DNA of 64,000 nucleotides from Owenia fusiformis (Eukaryota), in NCBI GenBank assembly GCA_903813345.2, contig CAIIXF020000001.1, positions 44,826,001 to 44,890,000 on the forward strand, written 5' to 3'. The notes beneath the pieces are model-generated. The model saw only the letters and a program-made list of their open reading frames with translations, was not told the origin of the DNA and did not search any database. This document shows positions 1 to 13,629 of this stretch, piece after piece (position 1 is the stretch's first letter; each line of letters starts with the position of its first letter). Made by a program: the position numbers and the translations under genes.

Positions 1-203
1 AGTAATTTCATATTCAGTTTTCATACAAAAGTATAGTGCATAAAATATACAGGCTATGATATCCTCTTTAGTCTTTGTTGCCACTTTAAAATGAATGACC
101 GATGTCTGAGATATAAAAGATGTCTTTTAGTTTTGAAATTTTTTTGCATTGGTACCAGTCGAAATTCTGCTGCAGTTGAAATAAATTTCTTTTCACCTTT
201 CAG

Positions 204-3200
204 GATACAGTGTTACATTTACCAGAAAGTTCTTAGAGGTAAGTCTACTATAGTCTTCTGAGAAATTTAGAAATGCCTCGTCAAATGTGTAATCTAGGGA
301 ACATTTCCGGAAATGAAGATATGGTTCAGACTTCAAACTATTGTCCTTTTAATACGAAGCCATAAAAGCTATGAATGTTCTGGTAATTACACACCACTGA
401 CTTATTTATTCTTAGACATTTTACCTTTATGAATGCATACCTCTAACACTTTTCTTACTCATACCTTAATCGCTATTTGAAAGAATGAATAAGCATAAAA
501 TCATGCAATTGCTAAATTGACTAGTTATATGTACATGATTAAGGGGGGGGGGGGCATTCAATCTCTCAGATATGTACCTGTTAAGGACAGATTATTTTAA
601 TTTGTATCTTTTTATTATTGATCATTTCAGAAATTCATATGAAATGCATACCCATTGATCGTCAAGACCTTGGAGACTCTATTTTCCAAGCAGATAGTCT
701 ATGCACCTTAATATGCTGTGTGCTATCTTCAGGCCTGTAGCAAGGGGGGAGTTCGATGGGTACGACATTCAACATTACGTAAAGGACCGTGTTTCTTTAC
801 AGAATGTTTTCAATAATTGATTTAAGAAAAAAACATTGTTGAATTCAGTTCACCATATCGATACCAATCCTTTGTAAAAAATGAAACCCCAAGGAATTTT
901 CCAAAAAGTGAACCCCCTTGGCAAATCCTGGCTACGGGCCTGTTCTTGTACTGAAAAGTGAATAGATTTTGAAGTTGCATGTAAATATGAAGCATATGGA
1001 TCAGCATTCGGAAATTGCATTGTCAGTTGCTGCATTCTGCCTGATTTGTCCAGTGCACACCGAAACACCCTGAAAACGGTAAAGTCAGATACCATTGTCA
1101 CAAATGGAGGACGTAACCATGGGTTCAACTCATGGTTTCAACTCTTCGCCAATCACTTGGTTCTCATTTCATGGGACCTTATCATCTTTTGTGCATGTAT
1201 TATGCCTTTGTGATGGTGTATTATATGAAATCCCAATTTCCAACTTTACTGACTTAACCATTGTCAGGGTGTTCCGGTACTGTGTGAATACATTTGAAAT
1301 TAAACCATGTAGGCTTTTGCTACAACAAATGAACAATTGTACATTGGATAGTTTCATGATGTCACAGATTTTAGCATTAGGTCTAAAAACAAATCAACAG
1401 TAGTGTACGCTGATGCTGTTATTGTAGTTAGAATGTACCAATGACATAATATCCAAAAGGTGGCATGATTCACCAAACTTCTTTATTAAACCCATGTTTT
1501 CAGACCATCTGTGTGCTTGGAATGAATTTTGGTATGCTATCAGTCACACATTGTGACAACATACACAGTGCTGTAGTGTGTATGATGATAACTACGGCAG
1601 CATCAACTTTCCATATAAGCAGTTGCAATCTCAATGCTGGAGATATTGCCCCAGAATATTCTGGTTCTGTCTTTGGTAAGGACTAGTGAATGTATAACTT
1701 TGTCCCTTGTATAATTTTGTGTGCTATATGTTTACTGTGTGGATTAGAAGATAAGGCCGGTGTAAAAAAGTAGATGTTTAACATACCGCCACATTTACTT
1801 TAAACATCATAAAAAGCAGGCCCATATGGCACTTTGGAAAAAAACTGATTATAAAATGGGTGGCAACGTTCTTTCTGCATTACACTACACATACTTGGGG
1901 TGTCTAACATACACCAATTGGGCAAAGTCCTGGGAAAGTCCAATGGAGTCTCATGAGATCCCACACAATGGATCTACGAGTAATAATCCCCCATCATGCC
2001 TAATTGGTGTATATTGAGGTTTTCTGCTTACTTCTTATATTTGCACAAAGGACTTGGAATGCAACCAGGTTTTGTTTTAAAAACATGTCCCTTGAATGGT
2101 TCCATCATTCAAGGGCATTATTTTGAAAGTTTTTCGGAGAGACATTTTATTGATAGTACATTCTCAATAATATTGACGGTATTATTACATGGAAAAATAT
2201 ACCTGAAAGTAGGCTTTACCATCATTTGTATGTCCAGGCATCACCTCAGCAAAAATACACTGCTTTTCAATATTACACTCCTAATAAATCTTACATTAAG
2301 TTCCTTTGTTTCATATACATGTAGATACAGGGATTTAATGCAGGACACTTTTGTGCTTACTTTGACATGAATCACAGCTTACAAACAAATCTGTCTCTCT
2401 CTCTATATATGCTCTATGTTGCGGGTTGCAGATTTGGAAGACCAGTCTAGGGCACATTCACACTCAAATAAGCTGCAGCTATCATAGACAAGATAAGCTT
2501 CCTATGTTATTTCATTTAGAAAATAATTGGTTGAAACCTTTCATTTCTGTTACAGACTCTCTCCCAGGTCCCTTTGGCCATCTGCCTGCTGCTCATTGGA
2601 CAAAATTTACATAGTTACACTAACAGTGTCATACTTATGACTATCGCAGTTTCTGCATCCTCATTGCACAAGGCTGGGGTCATGGTGAACTCTACCGATA
2701 TTTCACCCAGACATCCTGGTTCTGTAATGGGTAAGACCTGCAGAAGATTTCCTTCAGAGCATGCATGGCCCTTCACTATTTCTGCTTTTGGTTTGCATAT
2801 TGAAATCTATATTTTGATAGAATTTCAAAATTGCTCCTAAAACTGCTAAATGGTCATGTTTTTTCAAAAGAGTTGGGGAGAAAAACCAGGGAATTTTGGT
2901 CAGTCAAAATGATAGTATGTTACCGGTAGTTGGAAAAGTTTATTGAAGAAAAATTATTTTTTATATGATTTCATGATATTCCTTTTTCACTGAATTCTGT
3001 TTATAAATTGCAATCACTGGATTCTTGTCGAGGGATTAGCAAGGGAAAGGTGACAAAAGTGTTCATTGTTAGAAAATATAAATCTATAGCAACCTTGGTT
3101 TTTCTGAAAACATCATTTATTGCAATCAACGGAAGCTTGAAATAAGTGGAATGTTTGTCTGTCAATCAATGGTCACGTGTACATATGTACATGGATGCAT

Positions 3201-5514
3201 TTATTTTGCGGAATTACTGATTGGGTCAATCTTTGAAGGCAATTAGTTTAGTACATGTGTACTTACTAACATTTTTAATTAAGCCTAACAAATACTCCTT
3301 CTTCATAAACAACTAATCATGTTATGTTTTTCTTTTAAATTGAGGTGATGAGGGTGATATGTACCTCCGTTCAACATTACTCCAATGAGATCTTTGACTC
3401 CAAATCCCAACCTCATAGAAAATCCTGGGCCCAATATTATTTTTATGTAGAAGTTTTACGCAAAAAATCTGTCCTTTCAGACTATAAGTTTGGTGGGTGT
3501 ATCTGCTTGTCTAGTTGCATTAGCTGAAGCGAAGAACTATCATGTAGCAATGACTTTATTGACCATGGCCACTAGTTTTCAAGGGTTCCATAACAGTGGC
3601 AGTTTCATGAATCCACAAGACATAGCACCTAGGTTTGCAGGATCTGTCTTTGGTAAGGGATCAGCAAAATAGATACTAAATAAGGACTTTAAGTTATTCC
3701 ATCTGAGTGTATGCAAAATTTAAGATAAGATGTTACGGTATGAGACAAATACTATAGTATTTGTAGTACCAAGGAGTTAGGAGAGATATTCCCATTTACA
3801 TTCAGCTTTTTTCAAGGTTACTTCTACTGACACATTTAATTTATTTTTACATTATATTGATTGTGGAGGGCCTGACACATGTACTGTAAGGATTGGGAGA
3901 TGTTTGCTTTATTTGTTTAATATATAGCTTTTGTTCTTATTTGACTACTTGCTTTGATAACTTACAGGGTGGGCCAAAATGTCCATTATTTGTATTCTAT
4001 AACTTAAATAATACATAAACAAGATTGCTAGAGATGCAGCAATCACTTTCACAATTATTCTTAAAATGCGATAAATCTTCAGAGGTTACTGAATGAAATA
4101 TATAAAAGAGCTGTGGGGTCTTAATGAATTCATACAGTTCAACGGATATTAGAATAACAATCTTACACTGTTATAAGTCATGCCTCAAGTAATGGTGCCA
4201 GAATGACATTTTAACCAGTCTGTCAAAGAGACAAATAGATAAGATGATTGGGACTGGGAAGGGTAAGGTGATCGGGAAAATCTGCATATACATACTGTAT
4301 GCACAGTATATAAAGATCATTACTCTTGGAAGAAAGATCAGTAAGGTGCAATATTGAGCCTACAAATGATTAAACTTGCTTTTTCAGTGATCTTTATTCT
4401 GTTATTATATTTTGCTAATCTTCAAACAAAAAATACAACATTTGAATTATTCATGTTTCAATCAGAATTTGGCATACCTGTTCCATTTTTTTGTGTTTGA
4501 ACCAGTCCATCTAATCTCCCAATATTGGTCTCAATACCCTCCCAATGATTCAATGTTTAACAGAAATATAAAATACTCAGTAATAATTGTGGCACCTTAC
4601 ATAATGTGTCTCATCGACAGATTGTTTAACATGTTTAAGAAGTTTATCTGGTTCCAACATAAAAAAAATTACTGTAAAATTGTAATGCCTTGAAATACTG
4701 CCTTGAAACAGGAGGCTGGATTCTCACCCCTATTGACTGTTGACATTACTCATTTAAATACCACTATGTCTATATAAGTATGTCATTTTGGGGTTTATTC
4801 ATAGATTGCTGCATTCCCTGTGAAAATGTTAGCAAATTCAAAATATGGTCGTTTTTTGGCTCACCCTGTATAATGTATGATTATTTGGCTATATCCGCTG
4901 CATTAAATATATTCCAAATGACAAATTAATTATGGCAGACATCATGCGTTTTCAACTTTTTTATAAAAATGTAAATAATAGTAATAGTTTTAATTTATAT
5001 AAACATGATCTTATATATTTAAAAAAAATGTCATGAAAATGATCTTGTTTTCTATATTTTGTGTAATCTACAAGTACCTGGCACATGTATGTTAAATACT
5101 TGAAATCATTGTCTTATTTCTTCTTGTTTCTTTCAGGTGTTATGAACATGGCAGGTGCTATTCCAGGTAGGCAGTTTTGTGGACACTTTTTTAGCCTGTT
5201 TTTTGAACCGTTATTAACTTGTGTTTGGTAGTATTTAAAGTTATTTCATTGTTTTGAAGAAGTGGTCTCAACCATGGGCTTTCAATTTAGTTGAAAGCCC
5301 ATGTCTCAACCTCATATTTTTCTGAAAGATTTCCTTCCGAAGGCCTGATATCCTATATTTCACTATATTTTCAGGCTTTATTGGAGTATACATCGCAGGA
5401 TATATCCTGGAAACGACAAAAAGTTGGGCAGCTGTATTTAATCAAACTGCTGTAGTGACAACAATAGGCTGGTTGACATTCATGATATTTGGATCAGGAA
5501 AGAAGATAGTTTGA
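204..5514 (+). CDS. SLC17A9: SLC17A9-like vesicular nucleotide transporter (MFS/SLC17), 3' exons only; 5' part lies upstream of the window
   Basis: AG/GT-bounded exons 204-238 (GYSVTFTRKFLE), one of 1504-1675 / 2556-2730 / 3481-3652, 5137-5166 (GVMNMAGAIPG) and 5375-5514 (FIGVYIAGYILETTKSWAAVFNQTAVVTTIGWLTFMIFGSGKKIV*). Phases are compatible and the peptides follow the SLC17A9 C-terminal pattern (N.QD+AP..AG.+FG+.N.AGA, GY+LETT.SW). Confidence 0.9.
1504..1675 (+). CDS. SLC17A9: SLC17A9 alternative internal exon A
   Basis: ttttcag acceptor, G|gtaag donor, 172 nt, phase 0 to 1; TICVLGMNFGMLSVTHCDNIHSAVVCMMITTAASTFHISSCNLNAGDIAPEYSGSVF(G). Confidence 0.8.
2556..2730 (+). CDS. SLC17A9: SLC17A9 alternative internal exon B
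   Basis: tgttacag acceptor, G|gtaag donor, 175 nt, phase 0 to 1; TLSQVPLAICLLLIGQNLHSYTNSVILMTIAVSASSLHKAGVMVNSTDISPRHPGSVM(G). Confidence 0.8.
3481..3652 (+). CDS. SLC17A9: SLC17A9 alternative internal exon C (closest to canonical)
   Basis: cctttcag acceptor, G|gtaag donor, 172 nt, phase 0 to 1; TISLVGVSACLVALAEAKNYHVAMTLLTMATSFQGFHNSGSFMNPQDIAPRFAGSVF(G). Confidence 0.88.
3965..4868. mobile_element. Tc1/mariner-type non-autonomous element (intronic)
   Basis: TA|CAGGGTGGGCCAAAA ... TTTTGGCTCACCCTG|TA terminal inverted repeats with TA TSD. Confidence 0.75.
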
Positions 5515-8500
5515 TGAGCTCCAGTAAAAACAGAATTCACCAAATTTTTACTACCATTGATGAGTCTACCACTATGACTCTCTCAAGAATGATAGAATTA
5601 TCATCTCATAGCAGACATGAATATTAGCGACAAACAATCCTTTAACAAGTGGGTATTGTATCAACTGTGCACCCACTTGATAATGTGACAAAATCAACAA
5701 AAATTTCCATATTTTGACTTATTTTGGCTGAATTGCGAAAATAAGAATTACTTCCTTGAAGGTAATGTGCTGAGGTGAACACTACATGTAGGCTACATGT
5801 ATTCATACCTGGATTATCGAATTTATTTCTTATTCACTCATGGCAATATGTCTTGCCAACCAAAACATTCCACCGTTGTAACAATACAGGAAAGAAGACT
5901 CAACAATAATTACCTCACTGCCACACTGAACAAGTTGAAAAAGAATTTCATGAATGTTTAGCACATTAGGGACCCAAAAGCAAATAAATTGAGATTTTAT
6001 AATTTGGTTATGATTTATGGTGAAAAAGAGACTGTTATGTTGAGTAAAACTTGTCTAATAGTTTCTAGGATTTTTTAAAGTAGTTTGTAAGTCATTGGTT
6101 TTGGTAAGAAATCTTTTCCATTACATTACAACAATTTGTTTGGCATTCGGTAGTTCTGGTACATTGAAATATTACATACTTTTGGAATACAACTTTTTTA
6201 AATTACACGGGAGATTTATATTTATTACAATGATATGATTTCCATATATATTATAGGATTTCAGTCTGTTAATTTTTTCATTGTATTTTCTGTGATATTG
6301 ATTTATCCTTGATTAACCTAGGATATGTCACACACTGTAGGCTAAAGTACTATACTATTGATGCACTTGATTTTATATGTACCATTCCAAGATATAATAT
6401 TATTACCGGATTTTATATAGCCACAGTTAAGTGTCCCTAATTCTTGGTATACCAAGAACACACCCTTGGTATGTTTGCCTTTTTAATAAAGCTCATGAGC
6501 ATTACTTTGAAAGTATTTCCAGTAATTATATTGATACCCTATTTGAAGTCTGTTGGTGGACATACAGGGTCTCCCAGAAGTAACAGGACTGGTGTTGCCA
6601 TTTCTTTAATACTGTAATTCTCCTTAATTTGGTGGCTGTTTAATTTGGCTGATCCGCCAAATTGTTAAAGTCCACCAAATCAAATCGCTGCCAAATTCCC
6701 AGGTAATTTTAGTACCATACAAATTGGTACTATTTGCGGATTGTAATATTGCAAGTCCGCCAAATTAAATAGCAGCCAAATGTTCAAAACTGTGAATCCA
6801 CCAAAATAAGTAGCACCAAATTAAGTAGCCACAGTACTTCTTTAATCCTTTTAAAATGTCTCAGAACGTACCTTCATGTATTATGATTAGAATTGCAAAG
6901 TTTAGAAAATAGTTAAACAGTTGCTATGGTTACATGACATCATTGTATCCAGGCAACATATTTAAACACACAGGGGTGTCAGAGTCCTATAACATTGAAT
7001 TATGTCTAATTAGTTGTATTTTGAACAAAAACGTGAGATTTATACATTGGTTTCATCTGCTACTTTTCTTACATACCCCTACTTTGAAAAATAAGTCACC
7101 AGGTTAGAACCGGAAAGTGGTGCTTTAACAATGTCTCACACACTTTAGCTGATGTGCCATGAAGGGTAGATCTGACATCTCAGAGAAGGTTCACCCTTGC
7201 TCACAAAGACATGATCTTACAGATCAGGAGCGAGGCTACATGGACAATGCAGCGCCAGTTTCTTGAAAAAATGCCATGGGTACTCTGTTGTCACATTACT
7301 ATATTAACCATTACTCTTAAAGGCCTTCATAAAATATTTTCACACTTTGCATATCTAACCCAATCTATGGAAGTACATGTAAGCTATGTTTTAGGACAAA
7401 TTGAACAGATATATTTGGTGTAGAATTGACAAAATGCTAGCAGCAGTCCTGTTACGTTTGGTGAATAAAATGCCAAATGGACCAATAGCGAAAGGACCTT
7501 ATTTTGAGAACTGCACATACATGTAATGCACATATATTTTATCTATGTCTTACTTTATTTAATGGGCACAATATATTGTAGACTTTAATATTTTATTGTT
7601 TAATTAATAGACTAAGACATTATAGAGACAGAGTATGTAGAATAACGTCATACTTTGTAAGCATTCCATAATCATACAACGATAAACATGATAAAGCATG
7701 GTTTATATTTAAAAATATTTATGTTTAACCTAATGTTGCATTGATCATGATAAATGATAGTAATGAATAAAAAAAATACACGATGGGCTCAATAGTCCTC
7801 TATTTTCATAGATATTTATTTAAGAATTATGTCATGATGGACTGTCAATATTTTGTTTTGAACACGGTGAAATCTGTGTTTGACACCTCAAATACACTAA
7901 ACAAAGCTAGAGATTTTACATGAAGTTAATGGTTCACTAGACATTGAAGTGTTCCACCTATGGAGTTGTTCCACCTATGGAGTTGTTCCACTCATGAAGG
8001 TTTCCACTCTCCACATGTTGAACAGTATTTTCTATTTATAACAATTGTAAAAATGCATTGTAGAAATGGCTGGTTGCAGTATTTGAATATATATATGTGG
8101 GATGAAAAAATTAATTTTGTTCTGTTTTGTTTAAGGTTGACCTAAAAATTAAATGACTACCTTTAATGGACTAATGGGGGATCACACTTGAAAACATTAG
8201 GGGGGATAAATTATACATTAGGAGTTTGTATGAAAATATGTAAGCAGGATTTTGCATACAAAGTTTTAAGATGGAAAATCCAAAATGGCCACCTTCCACC
8301 TCGCATGCCCAAAAACTTTAAGCACTTCTTTAAACTGTCATACCAAGAAGCCCCCCCCTGAAAATTAGAAATGAATTCATGAAATGGTTATGCTGAAAAT
8401 GGGCACATAAGACTGCCCAAAAACTAATCATTTTTAGATTTTCATACCAAAAAACATCCATGTGAGTTTAAAACCAATGACATTCTTGCATGGAAATGCA

Positions 8501-8638
8501 TCAAAACAATATTTCAATTGGAAAAGTATCAAAACAAGATTTCAATTGGAAATGCATTAACAAAATTTCATGACTCCTGCCCACCCACCAAGTAAGCCGA
8601 TCACAACCCAGGGGTGCAATAAAAATCAGTTTTAAGTA

Positions 8639-10077
8639 CAGGGTGACCCCAAAAAAACCCCTCTAAAAGTGTAATAATTTTTTAACAATTATCCTATCAA
8701 CCCAATGTTTTATGTGCATATGGATTATCATATGATAAGGTTGTTACACAAAATTGATTATTTGTGATATCATGGATGATCTTATGTCTTAGAATGTGTC
8801 CTTTTTTCGAAAATGAACATTGAGACAAAATCATATCTTGAACTTTTATGTGAAATTCAGAAGGAAAATCCCAAGAAGATGTGAAATCAGTCTCATTTAG
8901 TATTTTTATTAAAAAATGAAGAAAAGGCAATGTTAAAAAAAGAGCATTGAATGACATATGTGATATCAGTCAAATGTTCAATAATGAGATAGAAGAAAAA
9001 GAATGGAGAACTGTTAAACACCTAAATGGAAATGATGATCAGCTTAGCTATCAAGGGACCAGGTTTCTAAGAATAGGAGTACGAGCAAACCTGAACATGT
9101 TGAATGCACTCTGTGTGATTGCATTGAACATACTCATAGTTCCAAAATAACTCAGAAGGGACAACCATACCTAAGGATGGCTTTAAAGGTTGCTGGGAAA
9201 CTTCCTTATTAAAGATCTCAACCTCTATACTCACAAAATGCAGCTTAACAATAAACCAAAAGAATGTGATAGGTTTAAACAAACAATGTGTAACCCCCCT
9301 ATCACACCAAACTAGTTCTTACCCGTTCTTGCCAGTCCTACGAAAATGTCGTAAAACGGGTTCAATCTGGCTGCAGTCGGGATACATGTCTAAAATAATT
9401 AGCTACTTCGTTCATAAACAGTCTTCAATACGTCCATCTCATTCGCAGTTCGTTCAGGTCGCACCACGTCGGTGTGCAACGTAGTATAAACTGTCCCTTA
9501 GTCTAGAAGGTCATCATGACCTGATTACAGAACGGTATGGTCGCCATCGAATTTTGAATCGATTCAAAATTCTAAATCACATACCCCGTCCGGGAAAGTC
9601 CATGAAGTTTGTAAACAGACCGTAGAATGTTGTAGCTATGTTCATTCAGTTCGCACACAGTTTAAAATCGATTCGGCAACGTTTTGATGATCACCAGAAA
9701 ATTTTGAGCATGCTCTAAGTGCTGGAGGACCTACTCGTTCTAGTAGTTTCATGAAGTTTGTAAACAGATCCCAAACGGTTCTTAGAGGGTTCTTAGTACA
9801 TCAAATCCGTTCGTGCACAGTTTAAGCCCGTTTTCGAGAACGTAGTGAGAACTAGTTTGGTGTGATAGTAGGGTAACCCTTTGGTTCACATGATCCAAAA
9901 GTGGGCACATTTTTTAATTGGCTATAACAAGAAGAATATTGAATGTTATGTCAAGAATTGATCTCACATTGTCATACATAGATTGTAGCTTCTGTACATA
10001 TAAATTAAGCTGATCACATATGTATTAATAAAGAAATTCCTTCATTTTTGGAGGGTTATGTTTTTTGGGTCACCCTG
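8639..10077. mobile_element. Tc1/mariner-type non-autonomous element with a nested TIR element at about 9294-9873
   Basis: TA|CAGGGTGACCCCAAAAAA ... TTTTTTGGGTCACCCTG|TA; inner TIR CTATCACACCAAACTAGTTCT / AGAACTAGTTTGGTGTGATAG flanked by TAA. Confidence 0.75.
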
Positions 10078-10386
10078 TATGAGCTTATAAGGAAGGTACA
10101 CTAAAATTCAATTTTAAACATGATTTATTATTTATTAATAAAATATTTGTTTGGCAACAAATACTTGATGGTAAACAGTTAAAATACAATTTACACCAAA
10201 ATGGGCAATGTGGGGGCCAGTGAAAAGTCACATGGGGGCCAAAACATGTCACGAAACATTGAGATATTGCTTATCAAGCCATTATCACATTCAGACATGT
10301 CAGAAGAATAAAACAGTTGCCACATTACTGATTAGATGGCATGTCCAATTACATGATAATGAAGTAGCAAAAGTCACTTTGATATT

Positions 10387-10971
10387 TTATCTTTTCTTTC
10401 CTTTTTTCACCACAACACTCCATCCATCCTCATCAATGTTTTTGTCTTTGGTTTGCATATTGGTGTCATTCAGTTCTGATTGACCATTATTCATGGAGGC
10501 TGGCCCAGCTTTGATAGTAAGGTCAAGTTGCTGCATCTCACTCACTATATCACTAGGAGTATAACATTCCATAAGATCATCCCCTTCATCTGAAATGTCA
10601 GGTTTTTGAACACTATTTTGAATTGCAGCTTTTGGAAGTGTTCCCAATTCTTTTAATGCATCTGCTCCTTTTCCATTGCTGCACATAGCATAGTGTTTAC
10701 AAATAGTCTTTGCAATACAAGTAAGACTTCCATCTTCTGCAACCATGTCAAATTCATTGTTTGTAATGGCTCCAATGAACTCTTCAAGTTCGAAATCTTC
10801 AATGTCTTTGTTGTCTTGAAACCACTGGTATACGGCATCTACCATCCATTTTGATTTTTCGACACTGTTGATACCACCAAAGCCATGCTGAATGGCCAGC
10901 TGCAAAGCAGTCCAGCTGTCAAATACACGAGAAATGGCAGAATAAAAGATGGGGATCCCATTAGAAGCCAT
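10387..10971 (-). CDS. TSR2: Pre-rRNA-processing protein TSR2 homolog (intronless CDS, 194 aa)
   Basis: WTALQLAIQHGFGG...EKSKWM...ELEEFI...EFDMVAEDGS pattern of the TSR2 (WGG) domain and C-terminal DEDGWSVV-KK motif; AATAAA on the - strand at 10124-10136. Confidence 0.93.
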   Translation of the reverse strand: MASNGIPIFYSAISRVFDSWTALQLAIQHGFGGINSVEKSKWMVDAVYQWFQDNKDIEDFELEEFIGAITNNEFDMVAEDGSLTCIAKTICKHYAMCSNGKGADALKELGTLPKAAIQNSVQKPDISDEGDDLMECYTPSDIVSEMQQLDLTIKAGPASMNNGQSELNDTNMQTKDKNIDEDGWSVVVKKGKKR

Positions 10972-11150
10972 ACTCTTCTATAAAATTGGCAAGTACTCGC
11001 TGACTAGGTTGATATAATATTGCACTCTATACGGAGCCTTTAATATTTTTGATGCAGGGTAGTATTGCAAATATACCACAGAATAGGCTATATGAACATG
11101 TAATGATGGAAGCCTGTATGGAAGACTATCAAGTGATTTGTATCGCCTCA

Positions 11151-11393
11151 TTAACAAGTTATAACACCTTCACAGGAATCATCACAGCTCCAGAATAAAC
11201 AGTTCCCTTGACAGCTATAGCATAGCATAAATACAGCGATTATGAATACGATACTACAGATAGTGCATGGCCTTCTCTCCAGGAAAAATCCAGTCAAATA
11301 TAACACCATGAACATGGCATGGTTATATAGCAAAGCAGGGTTCACTGGTTTAGGTATTAGCAGCACCGGGATTAGCCACTGCAGGCAATACAT
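11151..11393 (-). CDS. BLCAP: Bladder cancer-associated protein (BC10) homolog, 80 aa
   Basis: [47 protein letters not shown] closely follows the highly conserved BLCAP N-terminus. Confidence 0.96.
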   Translation of the reverse strand: MYCLQWLIPVLLIPKPVNPALLYNHAMFMVLYLTGFFLERRPCTICSIVFIIAVFMLCYSCQGNCLFWSCDDSCEGVITC

Positions 11394-13629
11394 TTTAGTC
11401 TATTTTGACAACAATATATCTGGATCTAGAGTTTCGTAAATCCATTCCAACGCTTTGGACGAGATTGTCTTGTAGTAGATAATCCAACGCTTGGAAACCC
11501 CGAGGGAAAGCCTTGTGATACAGTGTCACACCTGGCTTCACAAACACTACGTGATCACCCGGGGCTTAGACTCAGCTTACATGCACATGAAACTTCACTC
11601 ACTGAGTGTCCAAATCAATCACTGGACTGTAGAGGGAGCTTCGGTCAAAGTGACACTGACTGACTTACTGACTCAGGTCAGTAAAAAGTTTTTCAGTAGT
11701 CTAGATCTAGCAAATCGTGAGATCCTATGTCTATGTCTCCTCCTTGAAGCCTTCTGGAATATGATACTTATATGTCAGGAAATATCGGCATGAATACTAA
11801 GAGACGTTAACTCACTGTTATTAGGCAGTTTTCGTCCTAATTTTGCAGTGTGAAATTGTGAGTTTTCTTTTCAGGAAATTCTGAACTCTCATCGAAGGGG
11901 TAATACTAAATACCACCTAGGTGTCCCGCACCTAGGTGCCCCCACCTGGGGACACCTAGGTGTCCCCTAGGGCACCTGGATTTTTAGACTACTGATTAAC
12001 GATGTTTTAGTGAAGGATAATCTTTGAAACTTTACAGTAACTTAAATGGCTTTGAAAATATTCCGTTGGTTGATAAATTAATACGACTCTGACATTGTAT
12101 AGCATGAAAAAAGTGTTAAAGAAGTGGGCTTCGACGAAAAAAATTAAAATGGCCGCCACTTGGGCTTACGAGTGGTCGTGTATGGTCGAAATACATAATG
12201 TTTAACGACGATATGCTTAATAAATTTGCTCAAAATACCGAAATATTATCCACAAAAGTCATGAACTAGTATTTTTGCGAAATTATGTCGCATAATGAGG
12301 TCAATCGACGGTCATAAAGACTCATAATATATCAACTTCTGATTTATAAATTTGTAGTCACATACACTGTACTGTAGACTAGAGTCATTTCCGATTCGAT
12401 TATGTCAGTCACTGTGTATATTACACTCTTATTCTGTATAGAAATAGCACATTTGTGTTGCGATTGTTCATTATAACACAGTAACACAAGCTTTCCAATT
12501 TTATGATCGTCTCAGCCAAGACCCATAGCACCAAATTGCATTTTGCCAATGGATTCCAATACATGTATATCCACATGACATGAATAATCAGATAATGAGG
12601 CCTGAATGGTGACTATAATAATCATAGTTCAAAATATATATATAAACTGTTAGAAAGACTACACACCATTTGTCCAAATCGCAATCGACTATCCCACTGG
12701 ATTCAGATTTGGACCGATGGAATTTGGCCTCGGATGATTCGGATTGGATATGGGTTTCAGACAATTTGGATTTGGATGATTGGGATTCAGCAATTGCGAT
12801 TCGGACGACTGGGATTTTGACCAATGGGATTCAGACCATTGGGATTCAGACTAATTTCAGACCTACCCTGTTTGAATTATGTCAACATAAGTGTTGCTAG
12901 TATCATCTATATCATAGGTGAGGCCAGAGATGAGGCATAGTACATTTATCTAAATAAAGTCCTTGCTATTATATTATATTAGATATATTATAGAGTTCAC
13001 AAAATTGGACAATGCCACATTGAAATTGAAAAATCAGAGGTTGTGAGACTTTTGTGGTTTTATAACATGGGGCCTATGGGGAATCTCCCTGAACTAGAAA
13101 TCACATTTTTCCCATAGATTAAATCCTCAAAGTTGATAAGCAATTTTCAAAACCATATTTCTAAAAGTGTTTTAACATGTAGATTTTAAGACTGAATTTT
13201 GACTGAATTATGAATATTTAATGACATAAATCAAAGTATTTCTACTCGCATCTAGTCTATTGTTCATCATGTATTGAGTATGGAGAATGGACAAAATATT
13301 ATAAATATTGGAAAACAAATCAGAACAACATAAACAGAGTGCATATATTTTAGGACACCCTGGATGTTAAAAACTGATCAAGTGCACTATAAGATGAAAT
13401 TCACAGGGAGGGATTCAACAAAATTTTAAGTGGCATGCAGTGGTTTGTTGGCCGAAACCACCATTACTCCTTCCTAAAAACGATATTGACTCAAAATCTT
13501 TTTGTGTGTATAAATGAACTTTATTAGGACAACTTGTTTTCTACATTCCACGTGTATTTTTAAATGATAAAAAATAATGAAATAAAACAATGAATATTTA
13601 ATATTTAAACAACATAGTTTCATGTACAT

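Noticed and set aside
1095..1403. A fourth SLC17A9 alternative exon
   Set aside because: No D-I-[AS]-P...G-S-V motif or matching splice phases in the frames I read
12588..12900. Asp/Trp-rich and Ser-rich ORFs
   Set aside because: Arise from short GGATTC(A/G)GAC repeats typical of transposon subterminal arrays
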